Shown in pieces: positions 1 through 10,265 of a stretch of DNA of 20,457 bases. Position numbers and translations under genes: made by a program. The stretch covers positions 62,001 through 82,457 of the forward strand of contig JAYWIR010000128.1 in assembly GCA_036172245.1 (NCBI GenBank), given 5' to 3'. Position 1 is the first letter of the stretch; each line of letters opens with the position of its first letter. The stretch comes from Raillietiella orientalis. Its lineage: Eukaryota. The notes under the pieces were generated by a model, which was not told the DNA's origin, did not search any database, and worked only from the letters and a program-made list of their open reading frames with translations.

Positions 1-3000
1 GATCCTCTTCAGGATGAATCGGTACGTCCAGGCGTGGATCTTCCCGCAGTTCCTGATGCCGATTTCCCTCTTCAAGAGCTCTTGTAGGATCTCCATCAGT
101 GGTGCGGCTCTCCTGGCTTTCCTCATTTTCAACCACCGCACAAGTATGGCGGTGATGAGGAGGGCTATGGTCGTCCTCACCATGGGATTGTAACAGCGAA
201 CATTACCATCCCCATGGAACATCCCGGCGAGGATCTCCATAACGGATTTGTTGGTAAGTCCTTTGATCCTTTTCAGGATCAGCCAGTCATACAGCAGTGT
301 GGGACACGTCAAGACGTGAAGTCTCGTGTCGTCGTCTCCACATGCTGCGCAGTCTCGGTCTTCCCGTCTTCCTGTGAAGTGCTGCAATCGGGACCCACTC
401 TGGATTCCTCCGTGATAAAACATCAGGAGGTCGTCCTGGGTGCCCGGCGGAAGGTCACTCCTTTAGAGCGTCGTGCCGATCGCTAACAGGTTGAACCGTT
501 TACTCCCGTAGCGTTCGGTGGCTTCCTGGAGGGCACTGATGTCACGGTCGTTTTCTTGGATAAGCCTTCGGAGGTTTGTTCTGGTTACCCTCGACCATGC
601 GAAGTCGTTGTGGTTGAACCACACTTCGCGGGTCCTGTGGGTAAACCTTCCTAACATCATCTCTGTATACCGAAGTATACGAGTTTGATGTAGGTAGCTT
701 CCTCGCCTCCACTCCTGGATTTGCAGTAGGGTAACTCTGGACCGCTGGTAGATCCAGCTTCTCGTGTCCGGCGGCCCACGAAGCATCCAAGGGATCACTA
801 GAATAAACTCGTCCTGCCGTAGTTCCCTGCTTCGCGGCACGATCTTGATTTGGTGCTTCCGCACCAGCCGTTGCTTCCTCTTCCAGGTCGGGTCGATTGT
901 TATCCATTCCCCTATTTTGCCTAGCAGCGCAGTCATCAGGCCTTTCGAGTTGTTAAGCAACAACGCGTCGGCGCTGTGCGCCGCATACGGCCAGTCATCC
1001 CAGTAAGTGGCAATGTCCAGGATGTGTCGCGTATCCATGATTTCCATGGAATGTGCAAGCGAATTCATCCCGGAACCGCCTTCTTCCCTGGGACGACACA
1101 GGGGTTTCAGTCTTACTCTTGGGCGATAGTGGCCCCAGAGTGTTTTTCTTTGCAGCTTGTCGAACTCCCTAGTAGTGTCCTTGTTCATCCTCGCGAAGGC
1201 CGCCCCGAAGAGCACTTTCGGAAGGAGTACTCCGTTCCATATGTTGGCTTGATGCTTCATCCCAAGGTCCGTTCGGGTGTACTTGGCTGCTTCCTTGGCC
1301 GTTTTCCCCAGTATTTCCTTCCACAGCAGCTTCGACGCAGAGTCGTCTCCGATGTAGACTCTCAGGTACTTGGCCGTGTCCACCGTACGGAATCCACTAC
1401 CCGTTAAAGTGGAGAGATTCAGGATTCCGACGGGCAAAAGCTGGCTCTTCTGGGAATTGATTTTTAAGCCCAAGCCCTGTTCCATCAGGTCCACCACATC
1501 CAGAAACGCACGCTGATTTTTCTCTTTCTTGATGAAGAAAAGTAGATCATCGGCGTATGCCAGATGGATAAGACGCTGGCCATCGATGGTAATCCCGCTC
1601 AGTCGTCCGCTCTTCTCGATATAGGACGACAACTCCTCCATATAGATGACGAACAGCATCGGACATAGCGAGTCGCCCTTTCAGACTACTTGTTCCATCC
1701 TGATTGCTGCCGCCTCCTGGCCGTTGATCTTGATTTGGCAGTACTGGTTCTGGAGTACCATCCTCACGAAGTTGCTGAAGTGTTCCGGAAGCCCTAGCTT
1801 CTCCAGAACCTTCAGCAGCATCCCGTGGTCGATGGAGTCAAAAGCCTTCTCCATGTCAGTGAACACCAGCACCAGTTTCTCGCCGACGTATCGACTGAGT
1901 CCAACAGTGGCCTGGGCACACTTTACATTGTCCGACATGTGTCCTCCTGAGACTGCACATGTCTGCACCGGAGAGATCAGCATCGACATGACCTTGCCTA
2001 AGCGGTTGAACCAGATCTTCGCCATCCACTTGGCATCGGAGTTCAGGATCGAGATTGGCTTCCATTGAGCGACCTGCGTGAGGTCGCCTTCTTTTGGCAA
2101 CAATCTCATCCGAATCTCGTAGGACTGAGGTAGTCTACCTTCTTCTTGGATGCAGAGGGTTAACTGGTGGAACAAGCGCAGGTAGGCGTGCAGGTGCCGC
2201 TGATAGTGCGTGATGGGTACACTGTCAGGGCGCGCTGCCACGTCCTTGCAAAGTTGCCCAAACGCAGTCTTCACCTCTTCTTCGGAGAACTCCTTCTCCA
2301 GTCTGTTCCGTTGGAGTTCGTCGGTCCTCTTCTCGAGACAGCTCAAGAAGGCCTGTTGACTAGAGCGACACAGATGTTGTCGCCTGAAGTGTTTCGTATA
2401 TTGCCTGTGAAAGGCATCCACGATGTCCTCAGACGACTGCGGCTTTTGGCCGTCGTACTGGATGCAGAAGCTATCTGTTGCCAGATTTCTCTTCTCCAGC
2501 ACGCCGACTTCCCCTTTTATGTTATTGAGGACATACCGACTCTCGTACTGATCGAAGTACTTTGAGACGGAGCGATCTTGGATGTTCAGCTCCCGGTAAG
2601 CCTCGTGCCTCAAGCGCCTATCGCCGAACTGCATGTTCGCAAACAGGTGTATCCTGTGTTGCAGGCTGTCCCAGTCGGCGACTTCGGATTGTTGTTGCCT
2701 TCAGAATCGTTCCAGGACAGCCTGATGTCCGCGATGGGTTTCGCACCAGGCGGGCATGCTGAAGAGCGCCGCCCTGGTGCCTTGCCTCCGCCAAGGATTC
2801 TCTGTTCTTAGGGAAAACCGCACCAGGGGGTGATCGGACATCGTAGTCATAGTGTCGCAAAACCACTGGATGCGGTTCCCAAGTTCGGAACTGTACAGGA
2901 CGTAATCGATCGGCTTGTGACTTGCTGTTCGCCAGACCAGTCCGAACTCGTCGGATAGCCGTCGATACGCTGTCCTTCCTCTGACGTCTTCTGAATGAAT

Positions 3001-3488
3001 GATCTCATCCAAGATGTTGAGTTTGCCAGCAACAATCACGACGCCTTTAGGGGGGACCTTTTGCCGGAGTGCTGCATGCGGCGCCTCCGCACAACGATGT
3101 TTTAGCCTGTGCGGCCCGTAGAAGTTCACCAGGATAAGGTGAACAGTTGCGGACCAGGCTAGTCGCACGTTGATGGTTCGTCCTGGTTGAGGAGAGAAAA
3201 CTTCTAGAATATTGGGGGGGCTAAGTGGTTCTTTATTATCACCGCCACACCCTTCGTGTTCCGTTCTCCTTCGCTGACGAACATCTGCTTGTTGAATCGC
3301 CGTTTCCTTCGCTGGCTGATCTCGAGACCCATCCTGTGGGTCTCCTGCAGGCACACGATGTCTTGTTGTGCGATGGTCCGCACAATCCTTCTTCTTTTTC
3401 CCTGGTCGACCACAGCGCTTTCGTTCCAGGAGGGGATGTTCAGCCTCCTGGCGGTCGATAGGGAAGAGGTCGTAAAAGGGGAAGACCT
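1..3488 (-). pseudogene. Element A ORF2 (APE endonuclease - reverse transcriptase - zinc finger), disrupted
   Basis: LNIPSWNE..DIVCLQETH, NFYGP, AGKLN (GDFN site), IDY, SDH; LLPKEGD..WKPISILNSDAK, DMEKAFDSIDH, V*KGDSLCPMLF (in-frame TGA at 1681-1683), YADDLLFF, KYLRV; after TAA at 463 the frame continues to CAACGDDDTRLHVLTC. Several frameshifts. Confidence 0.93.
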
Positions 3489-4810
3489 ATTTCTTGGCCT
3501 TCCTTAGCTTCTTCTGTCTGGGAGAGCGTGCTCTTCCAGATGTCGAAGAAGCAGCGGGCTTCTTGCTGCCGGCGTCACTCTCCGTACCTGAAAGGTCGGT
3601 AATTTCCACCTCCTCCGTAAAGTGTTTTGCCCGCGCGATCAATTTTCGAGATAGCGCCTCTATCTCGACCTTGGCGCAGAAGTTCGCCTTCACGTCGCGA
3701 TGCTGTTCCTTTTACTTCTCGCGTTCAGCTACCTCCACAACCTGGTTGATGTTCTCTTGTGCAGTGCAGATCTTCTGCAAGATTTTCTCTTGCTGAGGAG
3801 CGCTCTGCATCTCCATGATCTCCTCCGCCAGTGTTGTCAACTCCTCCGTGGTCTGCAGAGCCTCCTGCGACACTTTAGTGGCTTCCTGTCTCTCTTCCTT
3901 CCGGCCTTCCTGCGCTACGTCCATCTTCTCGCCTTCCTGCTCTGCTGCTTCCAGGATATGAGGAGTTCCTTGCTCCTTGACGAGCATCCTCCTCTTTCCC
4001 TTCTTTCCCACTTCTATGAAGCCGTCCGCCGACACCGGGACGGCTTCTTTCAGCTTCTTCGGCTTTCCTGCTTTCTGAGGCTGTTCGGCCTCCTTGATGT
4101 TACTCTTTCTCCCGGGAGAGAGACCTCGAATCCTTCTGCAGTTTTCAAACTCCGGACAGCTCCATTTCGCATGTCCGTGTTTCTTGCAGAAGGAGCACAC
4201 CTCCGGCTGCGGGCAGTTACGGACTTGATGTCCTACTTTGCCGCAGCGAAAGCAGCGGCAAGTTCGGCAAGCGCCGGCCCTGTTGCCGAACTGCTTGCAC
4301 CCGTTGCAGAATACCGGTTGTTGCCGGTAACGCACATTCACTCCCTGGGATTGTTCGTCAATAACGGCCAATCCAGGGATCACCGCTCCCTCCCTCAACT
4401 TCATCTTGGCGATCAGGTCGCCAGAAAATATGTTTCCAGAGAAGTTCTGGAAATCAAGGTCCAGAGCTTCCTCAAACTGCTCCAAGTGATTCCACACCTC
4501 TAGTTGCGGTGTGAGGATGGAGATGCCATTTAAAAAGACGTTTGTGTATGGCATCTCGCCAATACCACAAACCATCCGTCCTTGTATATTGATCCCCTTC
4601 TGGATCAATCGCTCTCTAATGTTTTCACAGTCTGTAAAGTCTGTGAACCGGTTGTTCGATGGAATGATCGCCTGAATGCGATCAAAGTCTATGTCCGTCT
4701 TGTCGAGGGACAAGTAGACCTCCCTGATGTTCTTAAATTTTATTAGCCCGGTCTTGAAGATAATGGGCTTCACGTTGGTGCCTATTTGGATTATTGGTCG
4801 GTCCACTTTT

Positions 4811-5287
4811 AGAACTTTTCTGCTAAGCGGCTTACCAAATTTCCTAGGTGGATTGACACTCGCCTGTCGAGCCGCCACCGACGCATAAGAATAGGGCTGC
4901 GACGCCGCAGCCGAACAAGATGGCGTCGCTCCCTGCACCGCGTGGACGCCCGCGGGTCTCGCCTGGGAAGCCGCCGCAGCGGGCGCAAACCTCGACGTTG
5001 CCGCCGTTACCTCCGCGGGCGGCACCTTCGGCATCGCCGCCGCAGGCGCGACCTTCCCCGCCGCGGGCACGATCCTCGGCGTCGCCGCTGCGGGCACTAC
5101 CCATGGCATCGCCGCCGCCGGCGCAGCAAAGTCCGCCGCGGGCGCGATCCTCGGCATGCCTGCCGCCACCTCGCCGTTGCCGCACGTTACCTCCATGGCT
5201 TCCATGGGGGACGATGGCCTCACCACTCCTCCAACCCCAGATGCCTGCATCCTGGCAGCTGTTGCGGCTGCTCGGGACGACTGCAGG
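4811..5287 (-). repeat. ~0.5 kb block present in inverted orientation at 14011-14511
   Basis: Both encode RPSSPMEAMEVTCGNGE..MPRIAPAA..SYASVAARQASVNPPRKFGKPLSRKVL with long identical DNA runs. Confidence 0.95.
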
Positions 5288-5310
5288 ACTTCCACCGTGG
5301 ACTTCTCGGC

Positions 5311-5329
5311 GCTGCTGCTGCTGCTGCTG
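5311..5329. repeat. (GCT)6 microsatellite
   Basis: gctgctgctgctgctgctg; reads as poly-Ser in the A ORF1 frame, upstream of its first ATG. Confidence 0.9.
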
Positions 5330-5454
5330 ATGGTTCCGGTTGCACTCTTTCCACACTGGCGTTCACTCAAACACTTGCCTCCTCAAGGCACTCAAAAATT
5401 GCCTTGGCAGTGGTTTTAAACACTGCCTTGGCGGGGTATTGGGTATAGTTTTAA

Positions 5455-6204
5455 ACTAGCAATAATCACGCCTCCCTTTCGTTCAGCGGCAGCGATATTG
5501 CCCGTGCGCAAGGCTCTCGCGATCGCTTAGGAAGTTGCTTACGCCTGCGCGGGGCAGCACTCCAAGATGAAGCCAAGGCAACGGCTCTTACATCCGTGGA
5601 AGCAACGCCATTTCAGGATGGCAAAGATAACTGCGACGAGAAGGAAGACGGCTGGATGCAGGTGAGAAAGATCATTAGAAAGAAACCATCAAGGTCTTCG
5701 CAGCTCTGTGTGAAGGTGAGCGGGCGAAAGAAATCCGCGATACCTTCCCAGAAAAAGATTGCGATTCTTTCCTCCTGCGCAGTCGTCCTCTCGCGGCTGG
5801 AGCGGGAAGCTGCTGCTGCGGCTAAAAGGACGAAAGTCCCAGCCGCAGTTTCAAAAAGCGCTACAAAACAGGCAGCAAACGATTTCCCTAATTCCCGGAA
5901 ACAGCTGCAGCGCCTGGCAAGCCCTCGACTGTCGGATTCTGATCCAGAGTCCGACAGGAAGAGCACACAGCGCGACAACCGCCCGAAACCGCGCAAGCGC
6001 CTCCCGGAAACCCGCAAGCGTGTGGTTGCCGAGGAGGAACTGTTGTTGGGGAGCAAAGAGGAGGAAAAGGACCTCACCTCTGAGCTACCGGCAACAAGCA
6101 GTGCGGCTTAGAATGGAGATGTTCAGTCTCCGAGATCGACCGCTCTGTCTCGTGACCACTCGCCGGACAAGGCGAGAAATCTGTGCTCACCTTCCCAGCC
6201 TTAA
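5455..6204 (+). pseudogene. Element B ORF1 remnant resembling an ORF1 C-terminal region (no RRM or knuckles)
   Basis: DGWMQVRKIIRKK and ILSSCAVVLSRL match post-knuckle motifs in C (EWQEFTTKKKK, LKECSIVVESV) and A (DGFIEVGKKGK). Premature TAG at 6109-6111; the same frame ends SPSQP-TAA at 6202-6204. Confidence 0.7.
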
Positions 6205-9200
6205 TGCAGGAAGTAGCCTTTTTTCGTCGATTCAGCGTGGCCTGTTGGAACGTCAATGGGCTGCGCAGGGACGGAAAGAGGAGCGACGTGTCAGATACCC
6301 TGCGACATTTCGATTTGGCCATCATTCAGGAGATGCATTACATCTCCGATGCGGAGGTTGCCGAAATCGAACAGCGCGCGGGTGGCACCCTGTACTGGCG
6401 AAAAGGTTCTGCACAATCGTGCGGATTTGGTTTTCTCGTCAATAGTAGGATATCGGCAGCGGCAAGCAGCGTTCGATTCGACCAAGAAGAGCGAATGGGC
6501 AACTTTGTACTCAAGTGGTCAGATTCAATCGATCTCGTCGTAACGAACGTGTACGCGTCGAGCGGCTTTCATCGGCATGTCGAAGGAATCTAGTTCTCCG
6601 ACGTGCTGGAGAGCCAATGGCTCAGAAACTCCGGAGCCAGAGTGGCGCATCTCGTCGCAGGGGACTTTAACGTCCACCTGCTTTCCAACGAGACGAGGTC
6701 CCTGGCGGAAAATCGCGGGTGGAAGAGGCATGCGCGTCGCTGCACGCACGTAACTTGGAAGCCGGGGATCCTGGAATAGAGAGGTGCGTGGATCACCACT
6801 TCCTCGATGAACACCTACTCTCGCGAGTGCGAAGGAGAGGCAGGGTGCCGTCCACGTTATCGGACCATGATAGGCTGGAGTTCGAGCTACTTCCGCCGAA
6901 CAAGGGACCTCCAAACAATGTTTGGAGGATGTCGGCGGATTGGCTGAGTCACCCGGAAGCGGCGGAGCATCTTCGCCAGTTCCTTCGCGGCTTTGCCATC
7001 CGGGAACTCGCCGACTGGAACCATCTTAAAATATCGGTTCGCGAGTTTTGCGACCGGTTCCCCCTGCACCTCCTACCACGCGGCTTCGGGGAAGGCGTGG
7101 CCAATAGCACAGCATGTCTGCAGGCGCGCATTTTCTCGAGACGTGCGGAAGTCCGGCAACTCTCAGAGTACAAGGCGAGGGCCGAGCGCCAGGTCTGGCA
7201 GTCTCGAGCGGCTATTCTGCTCGACGACCAAGGCCGGGAATGCACGGCTGCTGCCGAAGTGCGGCGAGCACTAAAGCGTCACTTCTTGCTCTACGCTAAT
7301 TCTTCGACGGAAGGAGTCCTCACCGAACTACTTTTGCCGCGGGCTGCACACGGCATCGTCGAGAAGGAACGCGATCGTGTCGACGAGCGCTTCACGTTAG
7401 AGGAAGTTTCTTCCGCCATCGCAGGACTCAAGAGACGGAAGACGCCAGATGAGGACGGACTGCCCGCGGAGTTCTATCAGAGCTTCGCAGCGGAACTCGC
7501 TCCACTGGTTCATAGATTCTCGACGCTGATGAGGGTGACGGGCGATGTCCCATCTTCCTTCCGTCCAGCAAGAATGCCTCTCCTTCCGAAAGGAGGGGAT
7601 CTGCGTCAACTCAACAACTGGCGTCCGATCACATTGGTGATTACGGACTTCAAGTGGTTTTCGAAGCTGTAGGTCACGCGCTTTGGGAAAGTCGCGGAGT
7701 CCGTGGTAAGCCCGGACCAGTCTTACGCTGTATCGGGCAGATCCATGCATGCGAACCTTCTTTTCGCGCGCACAAGGTAACAGCTTCAAGAGCGCGTTGC
7801 GGCGGATAGCCGAACAGCGGCAAGACCTTCTGCCGACTGCGTGCGCTAGTGTGGACGAAAGGAAGAAAGGCCGGGAGCCTTGGCACAAGCAGTATATTTG
7901 CACAAAGGATTAACCTGCGTAAACGAGGAACAACTCTTGAAGCTCCTGGAGAGTCTTGGGCTTCCGAATCATCTTCTACTGTACTTGCGCTCATGATGGC
8001 GCCACGCGATTATCAACTTGAATTTCAGTGGCTCCCGCATGTACGGTGTGGCCGTGCGCAGAGGCATTAGAGAGGTCGACAGCTGAAACCCGTTGCTCTT
8101 CAGCATCTTCATTGAGTTGGTGCTGAAAGCGTAGTGGCTGATGCTTGCCGTCCTGCCCAGCGCCTCTCCGTGCACTCCGTCCGCGGCAGCATACGCCGAC
8201 GACCTTCAGCTTCTGTTGCCCATGTCTACTCCGCCGCATTCGGTCCAAGAGTTCTTCGAGCTGATCCGTCGTGGAGCGGCCATGAGCGTTAACAGGGCGA
8301 AGTGCTTCGTCGTGCCGGTGGTGCGTCGTGGGAGGGACAGGCCGACTGGAACCGTTTGTGTATCCTCACGGTCGGGTACTACAAGTACCTTGGCGTACCG
8401 TTGGGCGACTTCTGCTCGTCTGAATAGTGGTCGGCCTGTCTTCAAAAGGCAGAGATGGCTCTAGGCCCGTTCCTAGAAGGCAAGTTCGTCTTGCCGGATA
8501 GGGCGTGCATATGGAACACTTTCCTTGCCTCCGTCCTCCGCCCCTTATTTTTTGTTTGCTTGCCTCCCTATGTAGTTAAACTCCAAGCGCAGCGTCTCCC
8601 ACGTAAGGGCTTTTGGAGCGCTGCGCGATCCAGGTTTCGCCTGAAAGATTTTGTGGCGTCATGCCAGAACGCATACCTGGGCATCCTGACCATCCAGAAG
8701 ATTGGACTGCAAGTGCAGTTTCGGCATCTATCCCTATGTGGTAAATTGTGGTCTATTCTCTGGGGTGCTCCAGCTCGCCATATTCTCCAGCGATGTGTCA
8801 ACAGTGCAGGATTGCTTTCCTTGCTGCCGCGCAACCTTCGCCGGAGAACTGGATTTGGCTACTTACTGAGGCATTTGTCCTCGTTGCTGTTAGCCCTTTC
8901 CTGGATTTCCTGCCGCTTCATCAATTAGAATGCTTGGCAGCAATTAGCTCTCGAGCACTGGAAATCCACTTCGGATGTGCGCCCAGAGCAACTGCGACCC
9001 TTACAGGGCCTCTTACGCAAACCGCTAATAGCGATCCTACAGGACAGGTCGCTTTGGTGCCGGATAGCCGTCTCACCCAACGCCGCAGCGCTGTCTGCTC
9101 TCAGGGCAAACAACGACAGTAGCCAACCGGAAAGGTTAAAGTTCTTCTGCAGCATTGCAGGAGTTGAGAGACTGCTGAGCGGCTGCAGAACGAGAGTCTT

Positions 9201-9770
9201 GGTAGACGCTGCCACTCCACGTTACCTGGCGAAGGGACTTCTTCGTTGGAGTGAGGTTCTTGGTTTACTTCCCTAAGATCTCGTGGTCCCTTCCTTGTTT
9301 GTGGACAGCTCCGTGTTCCCGCTTCGATGAAAACAAAATGTTCTTCTTTTTCTGCACTGAGGATTTTAGTGGAATAAGCGCAGAAACTTGGTTTCAGGGT
9401 GAGTCGTCTCCCCGAACTGCCTCAGCTGCGGGGCGATAGAATCGCCTACGCACTTCCTCCTTGAGTGTAGCGACTTGCGGGAGTTATGGCGGAGACTTGC
9501 TTCGGCACTTTGTCGACCTCAGGACACTGCCACAGACCTGCTTCGACGCTTCGTCAGCAAAGACGGACTGGATAAGGCGCTGCCATCGCAACATTCTCTT
9601 GCATCCTCGCCATCGTGATCGCCCGCCGTATGCTAGAAGGAAGCTCGCAGCGAACGGACCCCGCCAGAATCGCTGCGAACCTTATAAAAGCAGCTGTCAG
9701 GTGGACTCATCTGCCCAGAAAAGTCAACAGCCAATTCGATATTGTCAAACAGCGCTTCTAGAAAGATTAG
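6204..9770 (+). pseudogene. Element B ORF2 (APE-RT-zinc finger), multiply disrupted
   Basis: WNVNGL, IIQEMH, NVYA, AGDFN, VDH, SDH; KTPDEDGLPAEFY, LLPKGGDLRQLNNWRPITL, AYADDL, YKYLG, CLSCGAIESPTHFLLEC. The end is approximate. Confidence 0.93.
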
Positions 9771-10006
9771 GAACGTTTAATACCAAAGATTAAAGATTCC
9801 ACACTCCCGTGTTTTTTTTTGTTTTTTTGTTTGTTTGTTCGTTTGTTTTGTTGTGTTTTGTTAATTTTGTATCCTTTTCCCTCTGTTCCTTTCTTTTGGA
9901 AGGCGGCCTGCGTGCCGGTGCTCCTTCCAGGCTGAGCTCTCTGTATAGGCGTTTCTTGTGTCCTGCAGGGTTGAATTTCCCTTCAAGATTGTTTTTCGTT
10001 TTTACA

Positions 10007-10036
10007 AATAAACGTCCCGGCGCAACCGGGTCCAAA
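10007..10036 (+). terminator. 3' terminus of B: poly(A) signal + GC hairpin + AAA
   Basis: AATAAA cgt CCCGG cgcaa CCGGG tcc AAA. Confidence 0.8.
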
Positions 10037-10265
10037 CCGCATCAGCGCGGAAAGGCTCAGCACCCGGGGGAATAGCTCCGTTGCGAAGCACTGAAAGAAC
10101 TCCGCGGGCAGGCTATCCTCGCCAGGCGCCTTACGCCACTTTAAGCCCGCTATGGCGGAAGATACTTCTTCCGCGCTTAAGGTGCCAATTCCATCTGGCG
10201 CGTTCCTCCTCGTCGAAAGCAGTGCTACCCGTCGGAAGAAGCAGCTTGGAGAGACTTCGTTCCGT
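10037..10265 (-). pseudogene. Inverted N-terminal RT fragment
   Basis: Minus strand reads TERSLSKLLLPTGSTAFDEEERAR / EEVSSAIAGLKWRKAPGEDSLPAEFFQCFATELFPRVLSLSALMR, homologous to the B and E RT N-termini. Confidence 0.9.

Larger units (their letters stand above)
3487..5370 (-). pseudogene. Element A ORF1 (gag-like: Ala/Pro-rich N-terminus, RRM-like region, 3 zinc knuckles, coiled/basic tail)
   Basis: CNGCKQFGNRAGAC (H replaced by N), CFRCGKVGHQVRNC, CSFCKKHGHAKWSC, preceded by VRYRQQP and an upstream SYASVAA motif. ORFs 3712-5370 and 3487-3693 are in one frame split by a single TAA at 3712-3714. First ATG is at 5250. Confidence 0.92.
1..5450 (-). mobile_element. Element A: near full-length L1/Tx1-clade non-LTR retrotransposon, decayed, 3' end beyond window start
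   Basis: Colinear on the minus strand: ORF1 with three CCHC knuckles, APE motifs, RT with YADD (1546-1557), CxxC-x7-H-x3-C finger (304-351). The 5' boundary is approximate. Confidence 0.93.
5455..10036 (+). mobile_element. Element B: L1/Tx1-clade LINE with short or 5'-truncated ORF1, complete but decayed ORF2 and T-rich 3' UTR
   Basis: Basic ORF1-like frame, TAATG junction, APE, RT (YADD 8192-8203), zinc finger (9418-9468), T-rich UTR, AATAAA + hairpin terminus. The 5' boundary is approximate. Confidence 0.92.

Noticed and set aside
463..2634. Bacterial RT system (retron, DGR, group II intron)
   Set aside because: The RTs are flanked by APE and a C-terminal CCHC finger, preceded by a gag-like ORF1 and followed by AATAAA, which is LINE architecture.
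3700..5448. Long antisense or alternate-frame ORFs (e.g. 3700-4503, 4942-5448, 13895-14626)
   Set aside because: They are shadow ORFs of GC-rich or biased ORF1 sequence with no recognisable motifs.
9809..10075. Small hydrophobic 'membrane protein' ORFs (also 16239-16574, 19288-19506)
   Set aside because: They are translations of T-rich 3' UTRs and are not conserved in frame between B and B'.
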